Shown: positions 8,178-15,797 of the stretch, piece after piece | Layout: each line of letters begins with the position of its first letter | Position numbering within the stretch: the first letter of the stretch is position 1 | Origin: an uncultured Candidatus Saccharibacteria bacterium | Lineage (GTDB): Bacteria > Patescibacteriota > Minisyncoccia > UBA6257 | Direction: 5' to 3' | NCBI GenBank assembly: GCA_964513365.1 | Contig: CAZEMH010000002.1 | Location: forward strand, 1 to 46,411 | DNA length: 46,411 nucleotides | Notes under the pieces: model-generated | What the model was told of the DNA's origin: nothing | The model's database searches: none | The model's input: only the letters and a program-made list of their open reading frames with translations | Program-made: the position numbers and the translations under genes

Positions 8178-8438
8178 ATGCTTACTACAAAACAAAAAGA
8201 AAAAATTATTAAAGAGTTTGCTACACATAAAAAAGACACTGGGTCACCTGAAGTACAGGTTGCTTTATTAACAAAAGAAATAAAATTATTAAGCAAACAC
8301 TTAAAAAAGCATCCAAAAGATTATCATTCTAGAAGAGGTCTTTTAGGTATGGTCTCTGGCAGAAGAAGGATTTTATCTTATTTAAAAAAAGAGTCAGTTC
8401 GTCGTCATAACAAAATAGTGAAGAAGCTTGGATTATAA
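8178..8438 (+). CDS. rpsO: 30S ribosomal protein S15
   Basis: 86 aa; [11 protein letters not shown]...[23 protein letters not shown] is the classic S15 pattern. Confidence 0.95.
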   Translation: MLTTKQKEKIIKEFATHKKDTGSPEVQVALLTKEIKLLSKHLKKHPKDYHSRRGLLGMVSGRRRILSYLKKESVRRHNKIVKKLGL

Positions 8439-8441
8439 TTT

Positions 8442-9002
8442 ATGATTATTAGACACAAAAATCAGCGCGTAGCAGTTTTAATAGATGTTCAAAATCTTTA
8501 TCATTCTGCAAAAAATCTTTACGGTGCCAGAGTAAATTTTAAGAATCTTCTTTTGGAAGCAATAGCTGGCCGTCAATTAATCAGGGCAATTGCATATGCT
8601 ACTAAGGCAGATGAACCAGGTGAGGGTTCTTTTTTTGATGCTTTGGAAAAAGCTGGAATAGAGGTTCGATTAAAAGATTTGCAAGTTTATCCTGATGGAA
8701 CAAAAAAAGGGGATTGGGATGTGGGATTGGCAGTAGATGCTGTTAGGCTGTGTAGTAATGTTGATGTAATTGTTTTAGTAACTGGAGATGGAGATTTTAT
8801 TCCTTTAATAGAATATTTAAAAGCATTAGGAAAGCATATAGAGGTAATAGCTTTTGGTAAAACTTCTTCTTTTCGGTTGAAAGAAATAGCTGATGAGTTT
8901 ACTGATTTGGATTCTCGTGCAGACTATTTTTTATTTAAATCTCAGAAGCAAAGTTTTACGAAAAAATTGCCTAATATTATTAAAATAAGGTTAAAAAAAT
9001 AA
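8442..9002 (+). CDS. NYN/LabA-like (PIN-related) putative ribonuclease domain protein
   Basis: VAVLIDVQNLYHSAK..., DWDVGLAVDAV and VLVTGDGDFIPLIEYL acidic motifs typical of the NYN (COG1432) fold. Confidence 0.7.
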   Translation: MIIRHKNQRVAVLIDVQNLYHSAKNLYGARVNFKNLLLEAIAGRQLIRAIAYATKADEPGEGSFFDALEKAGIEVRLKDLQVYPDGTKKGDWDVGLAVDAVRLCSNVDVIVLVTGDGDFIPLIEYLKALGKHIEVIAFGKTSSFRLKEIADEFTDLDSRADYFLFKSQKQSFTKKLPNIIKIRLKK

Positions 9003-9024
9003 AATTGAATTTAAAATTATTGTA

Positions 9025-11157
9025 ATGGAAAAAAAACAGTACGAATTGAAAATTGGAAATAAAATTATTGATGTTGAGTTTTCTAATTTAGCAGAGCAAT
9101 CTAACGGTTCAGTAATTGTAAGAATGGGTGATACTGTTGTATTGGCTTCTGCTGTAATGGGTAAAGAAGATAGGACAGATTTAGATTATTTTCCTCTTAT
9201 AGTAAATTATGAAGAAAAATATTATGCTGCTGGTAAAATATATGGCAGTCGTTTTTTAAGAAGAGAATCCCGACCATCAGAGAGTGCTATTTTGACAAGC
9301 CGCCTTATAGACAGAACTATCAGGCCTCTTTTTCCAGTCAATATGAGAAGAGATGTTCAATTAGTAATTACATGCTTATCTATTGACGAAGACAATGATC
9401 CTGATATTTTAGGGATTATTGCTGCATCATTAGCATTAGGAACTTCTAATATTCCATGGCAAGGGCCAGTAGCAGCATTAAGAATCAGTTGGGCAGAAAA
9501 AACTGGATTCATAATCAACCCTACTTATAAAGAAAGAGAAGAGGCGTTATTAAATACAGTAGTTTCAGGGCCTGATAATGTAATAAATATGTTGGAAGCA
9601 GAAGCTAAAGAGGTTTCTGAAAGCATTATTGATGAAGCCATAAAAATGGCCCAGAATGAAATTGTAGAACTTAATAAACAATTAAATCAGATTATTGCTG
9701 AAATTGGCTCTGCTAAAACAGAAATTGTTTTAAAAGAATACAACAAAGACATTGAAAAAGAAATCTTAATTTTTTTAAGAGGAAAATTAGAATCTGCTCT
9801 TTATATTAAAGACAAAACTGAAAGAAATAATAAATTATTCAACCTAAAGGAAGAATTAATGGACTATCTTAAAAGCAAGAATTTTTCAGATGAAAACTTA
9901 AAAGATGTTAATCCTATTTTAGAACAAGAAATTGATAAAGTTGTACATAAAAATATTTTGGAAAATGAGAAAAGGCCTGATCTAAGAAAATTAGATGAAA
10001 TTAGGCCTTTAGAAATATCTATAGATATTTTACCTCGGCCACATGGCTCAGCTTTATTTATGAGAGGCAAAACCCATGTTTTATCAGTTGTTACATTAGG
10101 TGCTCCGGGAGATGTTTTGCTTTTACAAGGCATGGAAGTAACAGGAGAGAAAAGATTTTTGCATCACTATAATTTTCCTGCTTATTCTTCAGGAGAGATA
10201 GCGCCCTTAAGAGGACCAGGAAGAAGGGAAATTGGGCATGGCGCTTTGGGAGAAAAAGCGATTTTGCCAATGATTCCTTCGCAAGAAAAATTTCCTTACA
10301 CCATTCGTGTGGTTTCAGAAATTTTATCTTCAAATGGATCTACTTCAATGGCAGCTACTTGCGCTTCATCTCTGGCTTTAATGGCTAGCGGAGTTCCTAT
10401 CAAAGAGCATGTTGCTGGAATTGCTATGGGGTTGATAATGGGAAAGGGAGGCGAATACAAGATTTTAACTGATATTCAGGGGCCAGAAGATCATTATGGA
10501 GACATGGATTTTAAAGTTACTGGAACTAAGAATGGAGTTACTGCTTTACAGATGGATGTAAAAATGAAAGGAGTGGGATCACAGGTCTTAAAAGAAATAT
10601 TAGTTAAAGCCAAGGAAGCAAGACTTTTCATATTAGAAAAAATGAATCAAGTTATTTCTGAACCTAGAAAAAATCTTTCTTCTTTTGCTCCAAGAATATT
10701 TACTCTCAAAATAAAACAAGAACAAATAGGCAGCCTTATTGGCCCCGGAGGTAAAATTATAAATAAGATTATTGAGGATACTCAAGCCGCTATTGATATT
10801 AATGACGATGGAACTATTTTTGTGACAGCTCCTGATGAAGAAAAAGCTCAATTAGCTATTTCTAAAATTAAAGAAGCAACTAAAGAATTTTTACCAGGAG
10901 AATTAGTTGATGGAGAAGTTTTACAGATTAGAGATTTTGGAGCTATTATAGGGTTGGGTGGTCGTAAAGAAGGATTGCTTCATATTTCTGAATTAGCTCC
11001 GTATCACGTAACTAAGGTTGAGGATGTAGTCCATCAAGGCGAAATTTTAAAATTAAAGATTAAAAAGATAGAACCTAATGGCAAAATTTCCCTTTCTTTA
11101 AAAGATGTAAGTGATAGCGAGAATTTAAAAAAGGGAAAAAGCATAAATAAGAAATAG
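9025..11157 (+). CDS. pnp: Polynucleotide phosphorylase
   Basis: 710 aa with two RNase PH-like domains, a KH domain (IGPGGKIINKI) and a C-terminal S1 domain (GEVLQIRDFGAII...LLHISEL). Confidence 0.95.
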   Translation: MEKKQYELKIGNKIIDVEFSNLAEQSNGSVIVRMGDTVVLASAVMGKEDRTDLDYFPLIVNYEEKYYAAGKIYGSRFLRRESRPSESAILTSRLIDRTIRPLFPVNMRRDVQLVITCLSIDEDNDPDILGIIAASLALGTSNIPWQGPVAALRISWAEKTGFIINPTYKEREEALLNTVVSGPDNVINMLEAEAKEVSESIIDEAIKMAQNEIVELNKQLNQIIAEIGSAKTEIVLKEYNKDIEKEILIFLRGKLESALYIKDKTERNNKLFNLKEELMDYLKSKNFSDENLKDVNPILEQEIDKVVHKNILENEKRPDLRKLDEIRPLEISIDILPRPHGSALFMRGKTHVLSVVTLGAPGDVLLLQGMEVTGEKRFLHHYNFPAYSSGEIAPLRGPGRREIGHGALGEKAILPMIPSQEKFPYTIRVVSEILSSNGSTSMAATCASSLALMASGVPIKEHVAGIAMGLIMGKGGEYKILTDIQGPEDHYGDMDFKVTGTKNGVTALQMDVKMKGVGSQVLKEILVKAKEARLFILEKMNQVISEPRKNLSSFAPRIFTLKIKQEQIGSLIGPGGKIINKIIEDTQAAIDINDDGTIFVTAPDEEKAQLAISKIKEATKEFLPGELVDGEVLQIRDFGAIIGLGGRKEGLLHISELAPYHVTKVEDVVHQGEILKLKIKKIEPNGKISLSLKDVSDSENLKKGKSINKK

Positions 11158-11163
11158 ATTTTC

Positions 11164-11188
11164 TTGACATTCGTTTTTGTGATATAAT
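11164..11188 (+). promoter_or_regulatory. Promoter upstream of the proline-rich protein/ftsH pair
   Basis: TTGACA at 11164-11169 and an extended -10 TGaTATAAT ending at 11188. The spacing to TTGACA is short (13 nt), so the extended -10 may act alone. Confidence 0.4.
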
Positions 11189-11226
11189 AAATATATGGAA
11201 TCCTAAAATTTTAATTTTTAAAAAAC

Positions 11227-12372
11227 ATGCCAGAAAATTTTTCTTTACCTTCAAATATTTCTAATGAAGATCCTGGGAAAACTCCTAATCAGCAAGAACC
11301 AGGACAAAGGTTTTCTCCTCCGCCTTCTAATGTTTTTATTAGAACATCAGAATCAGATTTAGAAAAAATTAAGTCTGAAGGAGGAGCAATTTCGGGAATG
11401 CCACCACCGCCTGCTCCTCCACCTCCTCCACCTCCTCCATCACCGCCACCTTCAGATTCTTTTGCTTATGTTCCACCTGCAGAACAAACGCCTGATACAC
11501 AGCCACAGCCAAAACCTAGCATACAACCAGAACCAGCTTTTTCTGATTCTGAACCTTCTTTTGCTCCAGAACAACCAGCAGGAATATCTGAATTTCCAGT
11601 TACTGAACCAGAATCTCCACAAAAAAATAAATTATTACCTTTTATTGTTATAGGTGTGTTGATTATAGCAGTTGTTGCATTAGGATATTTTTATCTTTGG
11701 CCTAAATTTTTTCAGGCTGGACCTGTAGTTACTACAACAACTAGTACAAGTATTCAGACAACTACTACAACCTTAGCTGCTTCACCATACCCTCAGATTA
11801 GCGGTCCATTTCAGAAATCTCTTTTTAATATAGAAATTAGTGGTCCAGATGTTGTAAAATCCATAAAAGATGAAGCTACTTCTGAATTAGCCTCTCCCGG
11901 AACTTTTAAAATTCTTGTTCCTAAGGTACATAATGATCCTCTTACAAACGAAGAAGTTGTTCTTTCTCTTGTTCCACAATTGCCAGTGAGATTAAAGCCT
12001 TATATGCTAGCTCGTAAATATTTAATTTACTCTTATTATGGCGAGGTTAATCCATCTCTTGGTTTGATTATTGACATTGGAGAAGAAAGCAAAGAGGAAG
12101 TAAAATCCATTTTCTTGGCTTGGGAAAATAGGCTTGGAATCTTAAATGATTTGAAAGAACTATTCCTTGTCGATATTCCTAAAAAAACAGCTAATGATTT
12201 TAAAGAAACTACTAATGCAGGGGCAGAAATTCGTTACTTCACTTATTCTGGAGAAGAAGCAGCCATTACCTATGCTTTCTTTGGTCAATATTTAATAATG
12301 AGTTCATCCTTAGAATCAATTAATAGCGCTATTTCTCATCTTCAGGGTACAACCGAACCAATCTATCCATAA
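11227..12372 (+). CDS. Hypothetical single-pass membrane protein with a proline-rich N-terminal region
   Basis: N-terminal about 130 aa is Pro/Ser/Glu-rich (PPPPAPPPPPPPPSPPPS), then one TM segment (LLPFIVIGVLIIAVVALGYFYLW), a Thr-rich linker and a C-terminal domain of about 200 aa with no motif I recognise. Confidence 0.6.
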   Translation: MPENFSLPSNISNEDPGKTPNQQEPGQRFSPPPSNVFIRTSESDLEKIKSEGGAISGMPPPPAPPPPPPPPSPPPSDSFAYVPPAEQTPDTQPQPKPSIQPEPAFSDSEPSFAPEQPAGISEFPVTEPESPQKNKLLPFIVIGVLIIAVVALGYFYLWPKFFQAGPVVTTTTSTSIQTTTTTLAASPYPQISGPFQKSLFNIEISGPDVVKSIKDEATSELASPGTFKILVPKVHNDPLTNEEVVLSLVPQLPVRLKPYMLARKYLIYSYYGEVNPSLGLIIDIGEESKEEVKSIFLAWENRLGILNDLKELFLVDIPKKTANDFKETTNAGAEIRYFTYSGEEAAITYAFFGQYLIMSSSLESINSAISHLQGTTEPIYP

Positions 12373-12410
12373 TTGCTTTTTAATTTAGTTTAAGATAAAA
12401 TAGTATTGCT

Positions 12411-14219
12411 ATGAATAAATTAGCCAAGTCTTTTTTAATAGTGCTTCTTCTTTTTTTAGCTCTTTCTTTGTTGTTTTCCGCAATAGAAGGTAACTCTTCA
12501 AAAACAAAAGAAGTAAGTTTTTCTGAAGCAATCCAATCTTTAAAAGAACAAGAAGTAAGTAAAGTTGTAATTCATCCTAGCCATATTAATATTTTTCTTC
12601 AGGATGAAACTATTTTAGTTACAGAAAGAGAATTAAATGTTTCTTTTTTAGAAACTCTCCAAAGTTTTGGATTTTCTCCAGAAGAAATATCTGCTTTGAA
12701 TATAGAAGTTGAAGGAGACAGTACGTCAGCTATTTTTTTCACTATAATACTGCCAATACTTATTCCGATTGTTCTAATAGGATTTTTGTTGTTTTATTCT
12801 CTTCGTCGGGCTAATCAAGGAGCAATGCAAATCTTCTCTTTTTCCAGATCTAATATTAAATTATTTTCTCCTTCTAAAGATAGAATTACTTTTAAAGATG
12901 TTGCTGGATTAAAAGAAACCAAGGAAGAATTAAAAGAAGTTGTTGAGTTTTTAAAAACTCCAAAGAAATTTCATGATTTAGGAGCAAAAATTCCTAGAGG
13001 AGTTCTTTTAATGGGGCCGCCGGGATCTGGGAAGACACTTTTAGCCAGAGCAGTAGCAGGAGAGGCTAAAGTTCCTTTTTTTCATATTTCTGGGTCAGAA
13101 TTTGTAGAAATGTTTGTTGGGGTTGGAGCAAGTCGCGTGAGAGACACTTTTGCTACAGCTAAAAAAGCAGCCCCTTCAATTTTGTTTATTGATGAAGTAG
13201 ATGCTATTGGCAGGGTAAGAGGTGCTGGTATTGGTGGAGGCCATGATGAAAGAGAGCAAACATTAAATCAGATTTTAGTTGAAATGGATGGTTTTGATAG
13301 AGACACAAAAACTATTGTTATTGCAGCAACAAATAGGCCAGATGTTTTAGATCCTGCTTTATTGAGACCAGGGCGTTTTGATAGACGTGTGATTTTAGAT
13401 TTGCCTAGTATTAATGATAGAGAAAAGATATTAGAAATTCATGTTAAAGGCAAAAATCTGGCTCCATTAGTTAATTTAAGAGAAATAGCAGAACGAACTC
13501 CAGGATTTTCTGGCGCTGATTTAGCTAATTTAACAAATGAAGCAGCTATTTTAGCAGCTAGAAGGAACCAAAAAAATATTACACAGAAAGAGTTATTGGA
13601 TTCTATTGAAAAAGTTATCTTAGGGCCAGAAAGAAAAAGCAGGGTTTTAACAAAAAAAGAAAAAGAAATTACTGCTTATCATGAAGCTGGTCATGCCTTA
13701 ATATCTGCTTTACTTCCTAATACAGCCCGTGTAAGAAAGATTTCTATTATAACGCGCGGGAGAGCAGCTGGTTATACAATGCGAATGCCAACTGAAGAAA
13801 AATATATGAAAACCCTCTCAGAATTTTTAGATGATTTATGTGCTCTTTTAGGAGGATATGCTGCTGAAGAAATTAAGTTTAAAGAAATATCAACAGGCGC
13901 AGCTAATGACTTAAAAGAAGCAACAGATATTGCAAGAGGAATAGTAACTAAATACGGAATGAGTAAAAAAATAGGACCAATTTCTTTTGATAAAACAGGA
14001 GAATTGATATTTTTGGGCAGGGATATTTCCACTGAAAAGCAATATTCAGAAGAAACAGCGGCAAAAATAGACAAAGAAGTAGTCAGTATTCTTAAAAAGT
14101 GCTATAATCGTACCAAGAAATTACTTAAGCAGAACATCAATAAGCTGGAAAAAGTCACCAAAGAATTAATGAAGAAAGAAACATTAGAAAAGGAGGAATT
14201 TGAGCAATTAATAAAGTGA
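12411..14219 (+). CDS. ftsH: ATP-dependent zinc metalloprotease FtsH
   Basis: Two TM segments, AAA+ Walker [19 protein letters not shown], a second region of homology, and the zinc site HEAGHAL. The TGA stop is at 14217-14219. Confidence 0.95.
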   Translation: MNKLAKSFLIVLLLFLALSLLFSAIEGNSSKTKEVSFSEAIQSLKEQEVSKVVIHPSHINIFLQDETILVTERELNVSFLETLQSFGFSPEEISALNIEVEGDSTSAIFFTIILPILIPIVLIGFLLFYSLRRANQGAMQIFSFSRSNIKLFSPSKDRITFKDVAGLKETKEELKEVVEFLKTPKKFHDLGAKIPRGVLLMGPPGSGKTLLARAVAGEAKVPFFHISGSEFVEMFVGVGASRVRDTFATAKKAAPSILFIDEVDAIGRVRGAGIGGGHDEREQTLNQILVEMDGFDRDTKTIVIAATNRPDVLDPALLRPGRFDRRVILDLPSINDREKILEIHVKGKNLAPLVNLREIAERTPGFSGADLANLTNEAAILAARRNQKNITQKELLDSIEKVILGPERKSRVLTKKEKEITAYHEAGHALISALLPNTARVRKISIITRGRAAGYTMRMPTEEKYMKTLSEFLDDLCALLGGYAAEEIKFKEISTGAANDLKEATDIARGIVTKYGMSKKIGPISFDKTGELIFLGRDISTEKQYSEETAAKIDKEVVSILKKCYNRTKKLLKQNINKLEKVTKELMKKETLEKEEFEQLIK

Positions 14220-14255
14220 TGCGCACGTAGCTCAGTGGCAGAGCGCCGCCCTTAT

Positions 14256-14437
14256 ATTAATGGTTTGTTTTAATAGCTTGATAAGGATGAAACCATTAAT
14301 ATATTAATTGTCTTTTTGTTTGTGAATCTTTGTTGGGCGTATAGCTCAGTGGCAGAGCGGTTGTCTTATAAACAACAGGTCCTAGGTTCGATCCCTAGTA
14401 CGCCCACCAAAGATTCAGAAGAGGAAACAATCAATAT
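14256..14437 (+). other. Structured intervening sequence in the anticodon loop of the outer tRNA, carrying the nested tRNA
   Basis: Hand-found helices: A 14256-14266/14290-14300 (11 bp, extendable to 14253-14303), B 14301-14311/14427-14437 (10 of 11), C 14323-14332/14408-14417 (10 of 10). Helix C clamps the leader and trailer of the nested tRNA. Confidence 0.55.
14335..14409 (+). tRNA. tRNA-Ile(TAT), complete, CCA encoded, nested inside the interrupted tRNA
   Basis: Acceptor GGGCGTA/TACGCCC, D arm GCTC-AGTGGCA-GAGC, anticodon stem GTTGT/ACAAC, loop CTTATAA, variable AGGTC, T arm CTAGG-TTCGATC-CCTAG, A73, CCA at 14407-14409. Confidence 0.85.
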
Positions 14438-14478
14438 AAGACGGTGGTCGCAGGTTCGATCCCTGCCGTGCGCACCAA

Positions 14479-14551
14479 GGGCACTTGGCGCAGTGGTTAG
14501 CGCGTCCGCTCGACATGCGGAAGGTCATAGGTTCAAATCCTATAGTGCCCA
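14479..14551 (+). tRNA. tRNA-Val(GAC) with C at position 33
   Basis: Acceptor GGGCACT/AGTGCCC, D arm GCGC-AGTGGTTA-GCGC, anticodon stem TCCGC/GCGGA, loop TCGACAT, T arm ATAGG-TTCAAAT-CCTAT, A73. No CCA. Confidence 0.75.
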
Positions 14552-14555
14552 CAAG

Positions 14556-14576
14556 ACGTCTTAAATAGGCGTTTTT
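14556..14576 (+). terminator. Probable intrinsic terminator after the ftsH-tRNA cluster
   Basis: ACGTCT (14556-14561) pairs with AGGCGT (14567-14572), including one G-T pair, with a 5-nt loop. The T-run reaches 14576. Confidence 0.4.
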
Positions 14577-14606
14577 ATTTATTTGTATGTTATAATATAA
14601 AAAACT

Positions 14607-15797
14607 ATGAAGATTTTTTATGCTTTGGAAACTTTTTTACCACATATTTCTGGAGTAACGATTTCTACTGACAGATTGGCTAATTATTTCAGTCAGAATA
14701 AAAAGAATAAAGTCTATGTAATTACTGCTTCTCCTGATGGAGATTTTCAAATTGATTCAGATTCTCATAATTATACTGTTGTACGAATTAAATCCCACCC
14801 TAATCCCATAAGAAAGAAATTAAAGGTTAGTTATCTGGCTCCGTTACACATTAAAAAAATATTAGATGATTTTAAACCAGATATTATTCATATTCAGGAT
14901 CCTTTTTTTATTTCTCAATCCTTGGCTTTAGAAGCAAAAAAAAGAAAAATTCCCGTAATTGCAACGCAGCATTGTTCTTTAAAATTTCCTCTTTCCTATT
15001 TAAAGTTACCTAAATTTTTACAAAGAACAACAACAAAAACAATGGTAAAAATTTTAGCTACTTTCTTTAATAATTATTGTAAGGTTTTAATCACTCCAAG
15101 CGAGTTTATTAAAAAAGAGGTAGCTAAATGGGGAATAAATATTCCAATAGAGGTTATTTCCAATGGAATTAATGTTGAAGAATTTGCTACAAGTCGGATT
15201 TCCGAAGAATTTTTAAAAAAGTATAAAATTGAAGATTTCATTTCCAAACCTATTATTCTTTATAGCGGGCGCATTGATAAAGATAAAAACTTAGAAACAC
15301 TTATTAAAGTCATCCCATTAGTGCTTAAAGAAGTTGATGTTCATTTTCTTTTTTTGGGAGGTGGTGATTTGAAGGAAAAATTAATTAATCAATTAGCAAA
15401 TAGAGACTGTTCTTTTAAAAAAAATGTATGTTTTTTAGGTCCTATTCAACCACAAGATGCAGATTTAGTAAAATTTTATCGATTAGCTGCTGTTTTTGTA
15501 ATACCTTCTCTCATAGAAGCCCAGAATTTGGCAACAATGGAGGCAATGGCTTCTGGTTTACCTATTGTTGCCGCTAAAGGAGGCGCTTTGCCAGAATTAG
15601 TAAAAAACAGAGAAAATGGATTTTTAGTAGAAGCATTAAAACCAGAAAGTTATGCTGAAGCAATAGTAGAAATTATTAAAAATAAAAATTTGAAGAAAAA
15701 ATTGGGGAAAAAGAGCCTAGAATTAATTGCTCAGCATGATTTTAAAAAAATTTCTCAAAAGTTAAAGAAAATTTATGATAAAAACTATAATCGTTAA
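14607..15797 (+). CDS. Family 4 (GT-B) glycosyltransferase
   Basis: 396 aa; C-terminal PSLIEAQNLATMEAMASGLPIVAAKGGALPELV (E-x7-E motif) typical of GT4. An extended -10 TGtTATAAT at 14588-14596 lies only 10 nt before the ATG. Confidence 0.8.
   Translation: MKIFYALETFLPHISGVTISTDRLANYFSQNKKNKVYVITASPDGDFQIDSDSHNYTVVRIKSHPNPIRKKLKVSYLAPLHIKKILDDFKPDIIHIQDPFFISQSLALEAKKRKIPVIATQHCSLKFPLSYLKLPKFLQRTTTKTMVKILATFFNNYCKVLITPSEFIKKEVAKWGINIPIEVISNGINVEEFATSRISEEFLKKYKIEDFISKPIILYSGRIDKDKNLETLIKVIPLVLKEVDVHFLFLGGGDLKEKLINQLANRDCSFKKNVCFLGPIQPQDADLVKFYRLAAVFVIPSLIEAQNLATMEAMASGLPIVAAKGGALPELVKNRENGFLVEALKPESYAEAIVEIIKNKNLKKKLGKKSLELIAQHDFKKISQKLKKIYDKNYNR

Larger units (their letters stand above)
14221..14477 (+). 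tRNA. Interrupted tRNA, reads as tRNA-Ile(UAU) once joined (5' half 14221-14255, 3' half 14438-14477 including CCA)
   Basis: 5' half: GCGCACG-TA-GCTC-AGTGGCA-GAGC-G-CCGCC-CTTAT. 3' half: AA-GACGG-TGGTC-GCAGG-TTCGATC-CCTGC-CGTGCGC-A-CCA. The acceptor stem pairs 7/7 and the anticodon stem 4/5 (one C-A). The joined loop is CTTATAA. The exact junction is ambiguous by a few nt because TATA occurs at both boundaries. Confidence 0.6.

Noticed and set aside
11398-11455. G+C-rich short-period repeat (CCTCC/CCACC units) that at first looked like a tandem repeat or array.
   Set aside because: It is in frame within a long ORF and simply encodes the poly-proline tract. No spacer/repeat organisation is present.
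14217-14219. Possible alternative genetic code (UGA as sense, as in some candidate phyla).
   Set aside because: ftsH ends at TGA right where the protein alignment pattern ends and 1 nt before a tRNA. All conserved genes have normal lengths under the standard code.
14256-14437. Considered calling the tRNA-interrupting sequence a standard bacterial group I intron or an archaeal-type BHB intron.
   Set aside because: Only ~105 nt remain after subtracting the embedded tRNA. No G is available at the 3' boundary as omega-G. I found no U-G pair at the 5' junction and could not draw a bulge-helix-bulge geometry. It is kept as an unexplained structured insert. A covariance-model search is still needed.
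14316-14564. 82-aa ORF on the + strand.
   Set aside because: It lies entirely over three tRNA sequences (the nested Ile, the 3' half of the outer tRNA, and Val), so it is a read-through artefact of G+C-rich tRNA DNA.
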